Below, in pieces: positions 49,294 through 61,887 of a DNA stretch of 64,000 bases. The first letter of the stretch is position 1. The number at the start of each line of letters is the position of its first letter. Origin of the DNA: Podarcis muralis (lineage: Eukaryota); assembly GCF_964188315.1 (NCBI RefSeq), contig NC_135657.1:64604001-64668000 (forward strand). The letters run 5' to 3'. The notes beneath the pieces were generated by a model. It saw only the letters and a list, made by a program, of their open reading frames with translations, was not told the DNA's origin and made no database searches. The translations under genes were made by a program, and so were the position numbers.

Positions 49294-50144
49294 CAGTGGT
49301 GCCTAGCAAGACAAAATTAATTCGTTCCGCAAGTCTCTTCGTCTTGCGAGTTTTTCGTCTTGCGATGCACGGTTTCCCATAGGAATGCATTGAAAATCAA
49401 TTAATGTGTTCCTATGGAAACCGCCTTCAGACCAGGTCCGGGGACAGTCTGTCCCCCGACCTCTTCTGAAGGCTAGGGGGGGGAACAAGGGCTTTTCTTC
49501 CCACCCCCAGCATTTTAAAAAACCCTGGGACAGCGGAGGACTTCTCCGCTGTCCGGGGCGATCTTAAAATGCTGGCGGGCGGCATTTTAAAATCGCCCCG
49601 GGACAGCGGAGGTCCAGGACCTCTTCTGAAGGCGGGCGGGGGGCGAAAGTCTTTGCTCCCCCCCCCCCCCGCCTGCCTTCAAAAGCCGTCCGGGACAGCG
49701 CGTTTCTCCGCTCTCCCGGGAAGGCAGGCAGGGGGGAACAAAGACTTTTGCCCCCCGCCGGCCTTCAGAAGGTGTTCCCGCCCCGCCGCCCGGCTTCGGA
49801 GCATCGTTCTGAAGCCGGGCGGCGGGGGGAGGTGTTCCGTCCCCGCCGCCTGGCTTCGGAGGGAGGTGTTCCCGCCCCACCGCCCGGCTTCGGAGCATCG
49901 TTCCAAAGCCAGGCGGCGGGGGGAGGAGGTTTCCCGCCCCGCCGCCAGGCTTCGAAGGAGGTCCGAGGACAGTGGGGAAGACGCGCTGCGCTTCCCCGCT
50001 GTCCCGGAGATTTCCCTATGGGCTGTCGTCTTGCGAAGCAAGCCCATAGGCAAATTCGTTTTGCGAAGCGCCTCCAAAACGGAAAACCCTTTCGTCTAGC
50101 GGCTTTTCCGTCTTGCGAGGCGTTCGTCTTGCGGGGCACCACTG
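49294..50144. mobile_element. Tigger-like MITE (851 bp) with a GC-rich hairpin-repeat interior
   Basis: TA|CAGTGGTGCCTAGCAAGAC ... GTCTTGCGGGGCACCACTG|TA. Confidence 0.9.
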
Positions 50145-52281
50145 TATTGTGATCCGACAGCCATTCAGGCTGGATGACTCCTTAGGCCAAAATGATAGTT
50201 TTTCTGTGCGCTATTTCTTTGTTCCATTTTGGTATGGTAAACTCACCATGATGTGACTATTCAAAATCAATGTCAAGGCTTATTCCATGATAAATTTCCG
50301 TTTCTCCGATAATCACCAGTTCTTGACGAACTACTGGAAGCTAAAATTTTAAAGTGTATATGACATCTATGGGTCTCCAAAAAATTGGGAAGGCAAAACT
50401 TGTGGCTTTACCATGTGAGAACTGAGCTATACTTCCAAAGTAGGACCACATTATTCTCCGTTTACAGTGACTCTAGGATACAAGAAACTAACCATGAGGA
50501 GCCACAGCCATGCCTATACTGGGCAAATTTTTAGAATCTATTTGTCATGTCCATCCATCCATTGCATGTTTAGATCCACACCCAAAAAGGGTGAATGCAT
50601 AAAGAAGCAAGTCTCTATCCCATCCTTGAAAACAGCCATTTTAAGTAGGGAACTGCAATGAAGCCTGTACTTCGAACACAGGTTGTATGACTTATTATCT
50701 ATAAGAAATACCTCAAAGTCATAATCAAACTCTGTTAATACATATTTTATTACTGCCCATCTCAGGCATCCACCTTGTTTTGAAAACTTCTGAGTAAGAA
50801 TTATTCATCTTGATTATTTGAAATAATGATATGTAGGATTTGGTACTACGAAGAAAACATTTTGCTTTTTTGTTTTTGTTTACTTCAGCATTCTCTGAGG
50901 AAAACTTCCTGCAGTTATTTATACAGTAGATGTTGGATGTGCAGTAACTAAATTTCCATTATGGAAGTTTTTTGCAGTGCCTGAAGTAATAGTTCCATTT
51001 GTTTTCTTCGTGTTATCCCATTTTCCTATTTTTCCTCTTAATTTAATCTTTCATCTTCACATAATTCATCACACTTCATTAGTTCCCTCAGAGAACAAGC
51101 TATTTTCCCCTTGCACTAGCTCTAGTAAATAGGATGAAAATTAGATTTTTCGTACCTATCACATCCAAGCTTTTCCACTGTCCTGTGGAACTGACTGCAT
51201 CCCCTCTGCAACGAATCAATCTTCTGTGGCGAAGTTAATGGATGACTTCCCAATTGCTTTATGTTAGTCTAATCAGATTTGCTATCTCTATCCATCAAGC
51301 TGCCTTTTTCGCTTCTTTCAAAGCTCTCCTAAATATGCCCTCCTCCTGTGAAGCAGTTCTTGGACCATCAATAGCTGCACTATATATATATATTATAATA
51401 CACTCTGTTATCATTCACGCTACCATAATTTGAACTTTTTAATGCTTACTGCCCTGGAATCCATCTTTGAATTGAAGAAAGAGGAAAAAACCGCCGCATA
51501 AATAAATACTATGCAAATCCCCACTGTTTAGTACACACTGCCACATTTTTAATAGCTCTCCTGCTTACATAGTTGGCAGACCATTTGTTTAGACAGGGCG
51601 CGTGCAACTTTAGCATTTGGAAGATGGTTTTGCTTGATTCACAGTACATTGCCTTCTCCATTGTTGGCCTGGCAGTTATCCTAACTTCATAGTTTTCAAG
51701 TGTTCATCCAAGTAGTCTGCTTTTGCAAGCTCTTCAACCTATCTCTCCCACCACCACGCACACCTTTCTCTGTGCCACCTTGAACTCTTTGACTCACCCC
51801 TAGAATCCTAAGCCCCGCTTGATTACTGTGCCTTACAGCTGCTAATATGACCCCTGCCCTTTGATTGATTTAGAGCTTGTAGTTTATACTTCAGCTCTCC
51901 AGGTGTAAAATTCAGTGCTTCTCCTTGCCTTGCCCTTTTCTTCACCCTGTTCTCCAATTATTGGAGCAGTTGTTCAGCAGCTACCTACCTGTGACCTAGT
52001 TGTGACCTACCGTCCAGACCACCCACCAGGAACTTGTGCTTGGGGAGGAACTAGAAGAAAAATGTGAGAACCGCCATCCTCAGTGTTAATTAAGACTGAA
52101 TGGAAATGTTGGCTTGTTTTTATTGTTTCTAGGAGCTATACAACATTTTTGAAAAGACAAAACAAAAATGCAATTGCTGCCTACAAAATTACAATCCAAT
52201 AGGCATGGTAGAAAAGGAAGAAAGGGCTGCAAGAGAATGAACAAAAAATAAAATACAGGGTTGTATTCGACATAGCACTAA

Positions 52282-52434
52282 GGTCCACATAGCTCAATTG
52301 GTTAGAGAGCATGGTGCTGATAATGCCACGGTTACAGGTTCAATCCCTGTATGGGACAGCTTCATATTCATGCATTGCAGGGAGCTGGACCAGATGATCC
52401 TCAGGGTCCCAACTCTGCAATTCTATGATTCTAT
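52282..52434 (+). mobile_element. tRNA-Ile-derived SINE with CR1-type 3' tail
   Basis: TAGCTCAATTGGTTAGAGAGCATGGTGCTGATAATGCC...GGTTCAATCCC head, then TGCATTGCAGGGAGCTGGAC...ATTCTATGATTCTAT. Confidence 0.8.
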
Positions 52435-53399
52435 TAGATGGTTCCATCAGCACAAGCATTTCTTCTTGTCTGATGGAACCATCTCCCCTCTCCCCGCTGT
52501 TTTTGGTGGTTTTCTACAGTTGTCTACGAAGGAAATTTGGAGAGGGCACAGAAGGGCACCTGACAAGAGGCAGGGGGGTCCCATTGCACTAGCAGGAATC
52601 CATTTGCTGGCTTCTACTAGTTCAACAAGTTAGTTGAATACAACCCCCGTTTCTGACCACTGCTTCGCACAGTAACTGCTTCAAGCATCAACTGAGATCC
52701 TGTTCAGTGGCTTCTTCCTGTGCTGTAGTTGAAAACCAAGGTCTATTATTTGATTACTGATGTAAACCTCCAAAATGTATTTTGTATAGTTAAGTTTTTA
52801 TCTCTATCTTCAGTACATTTTATTGCTATGGCTAGTGGCTGATGCAAATAAAGATTCTTCTGATTTGACTAAGGTGAGGTCAAGCTGATTTCTGTATCTG
52901 AAATAATACTCAAAATACTCAAAATCCTGAATTAACCTAATGATTATTGTCTATGGTTGGTTGGTTTTACTTTTTTAAAAAAAGTATAGTTTTTGTACTT
53001 TCAACATACCCTGGGACCTTATAGTGAAGGGTAGGTAAGAAATCTTAATAAACCACCACCACCACCATTATTTAATATTACCTAACTAATTATTGGAATT
53101 ATTTTGACAGTACAGTATACATTAATACATGAAATGTTAACTTCCAGCAAGAATATGCGGGAGGAACACAATTCATGCACAGCAATAGCTAGCACAAAAA
53201 AACTGAAAGCCAGATTTCAGTCAGCCGAGAGCTTTAATTAGTGTGGGAATTGGATAAGGTTATAGAATATGACAGTGTTATAGGAAGCAAATGAGTAGTG
53301 ATCACCAGGGATGATTAGACAGTTGGCAGTGATAAAATGGCAGGGTTTACATGTCTCTTTATCTGACAATCAAGCCATGGAGGAAGCTCAGTTTGAATA

Positions 53400-53625
53400 C
53401 AGTGGTACCTCTGGTTACGAACTTAATTCATTCCCGGGGTTCCTTCTTAACCTGAAACTGTTCTTAACCTGAGATACCACTTTAGCTAATGGGGCCTCCT
53501 GCTGCCACTGCGCCACCAGTGTGTGATTTCTGTTCTCATCCTGAGGTAAAGTTCTTAACCCGAGGTACTACTTCTGGGTTAGTGTAGTCTGTAACCCAAA
53601 GTGTTTGTAACCCGAGGTACCACTG
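53400..53625. mobile_element. Tigger-like MITE (226 bp)
   Basis: TA|CAGTGGTACCTCTGGTTACGAAC ... GTTTGTAACCCGAGGTACCACTG|TA. Confidence 0.9.
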
Positions 53626-54232
53626 TAATACCTGATAACAAAATGATTGTTTAGTGTTGGATATTTCACAAGTCAAATATGAAAAGACCAATAGATCTGT
53701 CTCATTCCTCCACCTAAGTCTTTTTTGTTGGGGGGTGTTAAATTTTACTGATATACTGGGTAGATGTGTCAGGCTACTTCAGAACTTAGGCATGACATGG
53801 CTCCTGGCGACATGTTATGAAGTGAAAACCACTCTGTGACTGGATCCACAGTGCTGCTGGCATCCACATACAACCTTTAGAAGCTGCAGCATGCACATGC
53901 AGCCTCTGCTCACAGTTCTGTATCTATGAGCAGCACATTCTTCTGTTTAAATCCATTCCACATCAAAACCACCATTTTTCTAGCTAGCCTATGTCTTCTC
54001 CCATTGCAGATCCCGCATGCTAATTTGCAAACTGGAAGGAGTGGAGGGAGTTAGGAGGAGCACAATCTTGAACTGTGGTCACTATTTATATATTAACTCA
54101 TGGGACACTGAAGATGCTGTTAGACTGCAATTCCCATCATCCATGGCAGCTGAAAATTCTGGACTGGTGGGATTTGGAGCCCAGCAACTTCTGGAGGGCA
54201 TCACATTGGCTTCCCACTGACTCACTGATTTA

Positions 54233-54452
54233 AGGCAGGATGGTCTAGTAGTTAGTGTGTTGCACTAGGACCTGGGAGACCAGGGTTCAAATCCCTGCTC
54301 AGCCATGAAACTGACTGGGTGACCTTATGCCAGTCACAGTCTTTCAGTCTAGCCTACCTCACAGGATTGTTGTGAGGATAAAATAGGACAAGAACTACAG
54401 CTCCTTGAGCTCCTTGGAGGAAAGTTGAGGTGTAAATGTAATAGATAAATAA
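54233..54452 (+). mobile_element. Squam3-like SINE, diverged
   Basis: TGGTCTAGTAGTTAG (A box), GGTTCAAATCCC (B box), GGGTGACCTTATGCCAGTCAC, CTACCTCACAGGATTGTTGTGAGG. Confidence 0.7.
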
Positions 54453-57400
54453 TACATACTGGTAAATAAAATTCAAACTCATGTTAGATTGCCTAATTAA
54501 TATTATGTTTGTGGGTGGCGTATTTTTTAAAACTCTTTTTGTCCCAGTAGACTGCTAGTTCTATACGCTGCCTGTTCCCAGAACGGTCTGTTCATCTACA
54601 CACATCAGCATAAGTTCTGACACATACTCTCTCCCAATAGACTGTTTTCCCCACAGCAAAGACTGTGCTTCCTTCTTGGTAAGAGAAGCAGGAGTGTCTT
54701 CTTGAAAAATTTGTAAGAGTATTCAGGCCTGATATTCAGCCCATTTAAGAACTGAACTATTTGTAATATTTAAAAATATATATGAGCACATATGAGCATA
54801 ATAAGCAACCCGACTATGAAAGGCTGGGATTTTTATCTTTCAGCATTTTAGCTGTCATGTATTGATAATTTTTGGTTATGTTTCCAACATCTGGAATGTT
54901 ATAAAGGGCAGAAGTTTTGTTTTCATTTTTCTTAGTTTGCTGCAGTTAATGTATCATCGGTTTCAATTGTTTGTAGCCCTGCCATTAAACATAATGTATT
55001 TTGCCCTAAACATATCTTTAAAATCAGCTGGTCTTGGTTGATAATAACATTTTAAAATTTTAAACTAATTGGAGTTTAGCACTGTATGGTGTAATCCATC
55101 TTTAATGTCTGCCTAATATTGTAATATTCAAGCAGACCCTGCAAGATTGCTTGCCAACATTTCTGTGTATTTTAGACAGGCATAATGTTTCACAGTGGTT
55201 TGAGTACAGCTGTGTATGTAGTTCCTACATTTTAATGAAAGGCTTGCGGTTTTCGGTTATCAACCCATAGCATTATGAATAATCATGCCTGTTGAATATA
55301 AAACCTGAGTTTATTTGGAATGAAAGCCAACTCTGTGCAATATGTTTGGATCTGAACAACTAAATCAGTCAATTTCAGTGGTGTCAGAAAATGGAGAGCT
55401 ACCACTGATCATTCCTTCTGGGAGCAAACACCTTGTTTATAAACATATTAATCTGAAACACCAGAGCCATTCAATAAATTATGAGAAATTATGGCATCAC
55501 ATGCCACCATGGCTAACACTGTAATATGTAGGAGCAACACTTTTTGAAAAATACTGTAAAAACATACCCAGTATTTGTGATTTGCAGAGGCTGACATGCA
55601 CATATCAGTTGCATATCTTCAAGCTAGAATTGCCACCTTTGGTCAGGCAAACTAAAGGACAGGTTGGTAGGGTGGGGGGAAGTTGAGGGGCTAAAAATTA
55701 CTTTCCCTGGTGCAGAAATGACTTCAAAGCAATCCATTACAATGTCACACAGGGTTTACATTATTCAATGAAAACAACAGCAAAAGCACTATGATTTACA
55801 ACTGTAAGAAAAATATGCACCTCTGCCTGTTCCACAACTCTCTTTCCCAATCCCTCCCTGCTCTCCATTGATTGGGCGGACCAGGCCTGCTCAAACCTCC
55901 GTCTCCAACCCACCTGCTCTGCCCATGTAAAATCTCTTTTCCCCAGCTTTCCACCAGGGCCATGCAAACCCCCTCACTTGCTCTCCAAATCTGACCCACC
56001 CCCTTTGCCCGCGCAATAACTCTCTCTCTTCTGCCCCAGACTACCCCCCTGCAACCCCCCCTCTCTCACTCTCCAACCCAACTGCTGCCCCCCCCATGGA
56101 AAACCCAAGACTCCACCATAGCAGGCCCATGTTACATCGCTCTCCACAACCCACCCTTTGCCCATGCAAAAACTTTCTCAAACTCCTCCTCCCGGCCCCA
56201 CCTCACCCTCTGCCTGCGTTCTGTGATAACTCCTGCTCTCACTCTTGGCTCTTCTCCTCATGAACCCACACTCTGCCCACAGAAACTCCCGCTCAGGCTT
56301 TTGCTCTCCTCCTCCCAACAGACGCACCTTCTGCCCACACAGTTTGGAGGAGGAGGAGGAGCTTAAATATATTAAAAATGTGTCCCTTTTGAGTCCAAAC
56401 AGGACAGGGGACACTTTTCTCCAAAAATGGTGGACATATTTTTCTAGGTACTGGTGGCAACCCTACCCTCAGCTCATCCCCCTCAGAGAGCCAGTGGTAT
56501 CTTTATCTCACCATGGAAGTAACTTGAAGCCGATCTATTTGTGTGTCACTGTAGAATAAGTTTGTTTAGGACTGCAGTCTAAGGAAATGAATGTTGCTGT
56601 TACAGAAAGTCACTTGGATTCTATTCTTAAATTTCTCTATTTTTTTAACCACAGCTCTCAAAATAAGATCTAATGTGATCATGCCTATAAGTGGCCACGC
56701 AGATCTGAAGCAAATCCTATTGATAGAAGGCATAATTATTGTGTGTGTATGTTAGTGTTACTATAAATTAAGTATCGTGTATTTAAAAAGACAAAAACAC
56801 CCAGAAAATAAGGAATTGGGTCTCTGATTGTTGATCAGCTTATATGTTTCCAACACCAGAGAAGATGTGATCATTCTGTATTTTCAAATTTAAAGAATAT
56901 GGTTATTCATAGAGACATCCTCCTAGGTTTGATTTAATAGAATTACTGTCATCTCATAAATGAGGACATGTTGTATCCTCATTTTAATCAGATCACAACT
57001 GGTTAAAATCCTTAAATCTAGATTTAAAGTGCAAAAGCTGCTTTTGTAATCTGGTTCACTTGGAACCATTCTGAAAATTATAGTTTCTATTTAATATAGC
57101 TCGCTTTGTTTTGCTCCTTTTTCCCTTTAAAGGCAATATGGAAAATTAGAAACATATTAATATCTGAATCTCAAGGTCCCTCAGAACTACATCTAAACAA
57201 AAATGTAGCAGGAAACATGTTGATACAAGTTTTTATTGGTATAACCACTCTAGCTTTAAATATAATCTATATTACTATACAAATAGTTATTGCTTAGAAG
57301 TTTCCTTATTCGCCTTCTACACTTTCCTAGTCCCTTTGTTCACTGTCCCATGACAACATTTCCCACCATCTAACCCTGAGTTTGAGTCCTAGGAAGTCTT

Positions 57401-57834
57401 GTTATTGATGTACCTTTCATCAGTAGGCTGTATCCAGTGCTACTGCCCTGCTTCTACAACAGACCTCAAAATCTAGTCCAGAGAGTTGGAGGACCCTCTG
57501 CAGCAAATTTGGGGGCAGAGAGCAGAGAGGAAGGAGAAGTAGGATACAACTGAATGCCCACCATTTTTGCCCACATGCCAGGGAGACACTCTCCCTCTTA
57601 ATTCTTCTTGATCTCTTGGTGGGTTTGATACAATTGACAGTGGTATTCTTCTGGACCAGCTGTCCAAGTAGGATGGGCAGTGCTGCTTTGTGGTGGTTCT
57701 ATTCCTACCTAGATTGCTTGGTGCTTGTGGGTGATGTTTGGCTCCAGAGAATCTTCACTGTGAGGTGTTGCAGGGTTCAGATTTATCCCCCATACTGCTC
57801 TAATATCTACATGAAACTGATGAATACCCAAACT

Positions 57835-58010
57835 GATGAATGGCGTCATCAAGAGTTTTGGGGCATGCTGTCACATTATGCTGATGATATGCAGCTCTGT
57901 TTTTTTTACACCTGCAGGTTCAACAATACCTGTGCTAACTCACTGTCTGGCCTCAGTAATGAGAGCCAATAAAGTGAAGCTGAATACAGATAAGACTGAG
58001 GCACTCTTAT
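57835..58010 (+). mobile_element. L2 RT fragment
   Basis: Translates HYADDMQL (YADD catalytic motif) and, after a frameshift, MRANKVKLNTDKTEALL. Confidence 0.7.
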
Positions 58011-58074
58011 TCCTATACTTTGTTTTAGTAGTTCTACTCTTACATTGTAAGTCACTTTGAGGCAGTTTTGTGTC

Positions 58075-58115
<41 letters not shown>
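58075..58115. repeat. (GATA)n microsatellite, left part
   Basis: Read directly. Ends in the TA that the Tc1 element duplicated. Confidence 0.95.
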
Positions 58116-59715
58116 CAGTGGGGTATTTGATCCCCTGCTATATTTGCCCGTTTGCCCTCTGATGAAGAAATGACCAGTCCATAATTTTAATGGTAGGTTT
58201 ATTGTAGCTGAGAGACAGAACAACAACAGGAAAACCCCCAGAAACCCAGAAGACAAAAGTCAGAAATTGATGTGCAGTATAATGAGTGAAATAAGTATTT
58301 GATCTGCTATCAGCCAGCCAGATGTCAGGCTACCTGGTATCTTCACTGTATGTAACAAGCTGAGATTAGAGGCACCTTACCTGTAATCCCAGCTCATTAC
58401 AGTACCTGTACAAAAGACACCTGTCGACAGAAGCAATCAATCCAGCAGATTCCAAAGTAGCCACCATGACCAAGACCAAAGAGCTGTCCAAGGATGCCAC
58501 GGACAAGATTGTAGACCTGCACAAGGCTGGATTGGGCTACAAGACTATTGCCAAGCAGCTTGGTGAGAAGGTGACAACAGTTGGTGCAATAATTCGCAAA
58601 TGGAAGAAACACAAAATAACTGTCAACCTCCCTCGGTCTGGGGCTCCATGCAAGATCTCATCTCGTGGAGTTGCAATGATCAGGAGAACGGTGATGAAGC
58701 AGCCCAGAACTACATGGGGAGAACTTGTCAATGATCTCAGGGCAGCTGGGACCATAGTCACCATGAAATAGTCATACCACCAGTTGGTAACACACTACGC
58801 CGTGAAGGACAGAGATCTTGCAGGGCCTGCAAGGTCCCTTTGCTCAAGACAGCACATGTATAGGCCCGTCTCCAGTTTGCCAATGCACATCTGAATGACT
58901 CAGAGGAGAACCGGGTGAAGGTGTTGTAGTCAGATGAGACCAAAATCGAGCTCTTTGGCATCAGCTCAGCTCACCGTGTTTGGATGAGGAGGAATGCTGC
59001 CTACAACCCCAAGAACACCATCCCCACCGTCAAACATGGAGGGGGACATATTATGCTTTGGGGGTGTTTTTCTGCTAAGGGGACAGGACACCTTCACTGC
59101 ATCAAAGGGATGATGGACAGGATCATGTATCATCAAATATTGGGTGAGCACTTCCTTCCCTCAGCCAGGGCATTGAAAATGGGTCAAGGATGGGTATTCC
59201 AGCATGACAATGACCCAAAACACATGGCTAAGGCAACAAAGGAGTGGCTCAAGAAGAAGCACATTAAGGTCCTGGAGTGGCCTAGCCAGTCTCCAGACCT
59301 CAATCCCATTGAAAATCTGTGGAGGGAGCTGAAGGTTCGAGTAGCTACACATCAGCCTCAAAATCTTACTGACTTGGAGAGGATCTGCAAAGAGGAGTGG
59401 GATAAAATACCTCCTGAGATGTGTGCAAACCTGGTGGCCACCTACAAGAAACGTCTGACCTCTGTAATTGCCAACAAGGGTTTTGCCACCAACTACTAAG
59501 TCATCTTTTGCAAAGGGATCAAATACTTATTTCCCTCATTATAATGCACATCAATCTCTGACTTTTGTCTTCTGGGTTTCTGGGGTTTTTCCTGTTGTTG
59601 TTCTGTCTCTCACAGCTACAAGAAACCTACCATTAAAATTATGGACTGGTCATTTCTTCGTCAGAGGGCAAATGGGCAAATTTAGCAGGGGATCAAATAC
59701 TCCCCCCCCTCACTG
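58116..59715 (+). mobile_element. Full-length Tc1 DNA transposon (1600 bp), IR/DR type
   Basis: TA TSD (58114-15 and 59716-17). TIRs of about 200 bp (58116-58305 and 59517-59715), each with an inner copy of the terminal AGTATTTGATC motif. Confidence 0.97.
58466..59499 (+). pseudogene. Tc1 DD34E transposase pseudogene (reconstructs to 340 aa)
   Basis: N-terminal paired-like HTH region and LPRSGAP linker. Catalytic residues (W)[13 protein letters not shown] and PIENLW with 34 residues between D2 and E. Lesions: net 11-nt insertion at 58769-82 and TAG stops at 58861 and 58927. Confidence 0.95.
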
Positions 59716-59739
59716 TAGATAGAGATAGATTAGATAGAT

Positions 59740-59784
<45 letters not shown>

Positions 59785-59790
59785 GATAGA
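59716..59790. repeat. (GATA)n microsatellite, right part
   Basis: Read directly. Confidence 0.95.
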
Positions 59791-61703
59791 GATGACCAGC
59801 CTAAACCTGAGGGTCCCTTGGGTTATTTAGTGATGTATAAAATAACTGAATTGTGGGCATTGCGGTGGGCAGATGCTTATGGTGCAGTGGACAAATTCAT
59901 GATGTAATTGCTATGAAGCTTTTCTCCAAATGTGATATATGAAGCTCTTTTCTAAAAAGGATGCCTTGCAGGTGATGAGCAATGTGTTAAATCAAATATG
60001 TCAGAATGATTTCTAGAAGAGACTTTAGTATGCCGGGGCACTACTCATCATGCCCTCACTGATTGTGTTAGGTCAGCAAGATCAGGAATCTGCAAACTAG
60101 TAGGTTTTAAAAGCCTGTTACTGGCTGGATCGTGAGACACTGAATCTCAGTGGTGTCATGTCACAGAAAATCATTTTAGCATTTAGAATGATGGGAGAGA
60201 ATATTGCAAAGTATAATATATATTTAAATGCAATAGTATGACAGTCTGGGTAACTAACGAATTCACAATTTATTCCTTTGTCAAGTTGTGCACATTCTCC
60301 ATGCCTTTAACTGAAAGCCAGAGTCTAGACACATTCTCCATTCAGTGCACATAAAACCTAACATATACAATGCACTCAGAGAATGGTATGAGGGCATCCT
60401 GTTCATGCATATGCTACCTGGGAAATCATTGGAGAACACAGCTCAATGAAACATACCTCATGCTATTAATGTTTAGCATTGTGTTGTAAACTTCTCTGAG
60501 GTCCTGGAAAAAACAACAACTAATATATGTACTATTCTATTATAATTTTGTTAAAGGTCAGGCTTTCTTGGTTCTGGACCTAATTGCAAGTGCAGATCTA
60601 CAAACATAGGCTTTCTCCTTACATTTGTATATTCACAATGCTGGTTGATGAACTTGTGGAGTTTACAAATTATTAAAACTAATGGTGGCATTTTTTAAAA
60701 GTCACCAAATCTACAGTGATGCTGGTCAAACAAGTGTTCTGAATATGGAATCCTCCAGAGACGCTCTGAAAGCTCTACCTGGATTTTACTTTACTCTTCC
60801 TTTAAGACAATTTCCATTGTGCATACAGTTCCTGCTTAACTGTACCACAGACAGAGCCATTGTTTACCCTCATCTTAATGCAAATAGTTCTGTTAACTAT
60901 TCTAAAATACAGGATGTTCTCCGGGGATAATGACAATGTCTATGTTTGGATTTAATGACACAACCAAGGTCACATGAATGTCCTCGGGACAATGTGTTTC
61001 TTGCAGGGTAGTTATAAAGTGAAAATGCAGAACTAGCGCAGTGTTAAAAAATCCACATTATTCCAGGGTGCATTAGAGATTAAATGGAAATTGACATTTG
61101 AAGCAGCAAACGGTGGGTGGTGGGGAGGCATCAGCAGACAAAGTTACAAGGCCACAACTTTATAAAAGTGAGATAAGCAAAGTGACTGTCTGAACACCTT
61201 GTCTGGCTCCGTAGGGTGAAGGTGGGGCACCTGGCCTACAAACTCTGCTAACTCACTTGCACAGGCCAACCCTGGAAAGGTCTATACATGCTACTGCACC
61301 CAGTTGAAGCTGGATAATTTTGTTTCATTAGCTAACATCAAATTCTAGTTTTAAGTGTAGGGGGAAACACACACTGTACCATCCGTAATTTTATTAACCC
61401 CCATGGTGTCCTTTATTCATAGGGAAGATGCTCTGGACCCCAGTAATTTTGGTTGCCCTCAGAACGTTTTTCAAACTCTACAATATATTTTTTTCAGTGT
61501 GGCAAGGCAGCACTGTTTATCGTATTTCAAGTTTGCATAAGGGTGTTGTGATACTGGAAGTTTTAACTTTCAGTTCATCATATTGTAACTCCTAGCATGG
61601 GATTTGCTTTTTCGTAGCTTCTGCACACACAGGCTGAATTCAGACAACTTTTTATTCCATTCCCCCAGCATTTCTTTACCAATTTATTGGCTGGAGCAAC
61701 CAT

Positions 61704-61887
61704 GGGCTAATCCACACTTTCTAGGCACAGGTTAGAGCGGTTTTCCATTCACGCTGCCACTTTCCTCTGGAAAACCTGCTGTTTACCACCGATGTGGAAC
61801 AAATCTCCATTCACAGAAAACCCAGCTGACATTTGTTCTGATTCAGCAGTAAACAGCTGGTTTTCCATAGGGAATGTGGACGAGCCC
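61704..61887. mobile_element. Possible PIF/Harbinger-like MITE
   Basis: Imperfect TIRs GGGCTAATCCACAC / ATGTGGACGAGCCC, TTA on the right only, and internal inverted GGAAAAC/GTTTTCC motifs. Confidence 0.4.

Noticed and set aside
49569-50152. Overlapping 103-176 aa ORFs on both strands
   Set aside because: They arise from the stop-poor, GC-rich interior of the Tigger-like MITE.
52282-52358. tRNA-Ile gene with GAT anticodon
   Set aside because: The stems are disrupted and the sequence runs directly into a CR1-type tail, so it is a SINE head.
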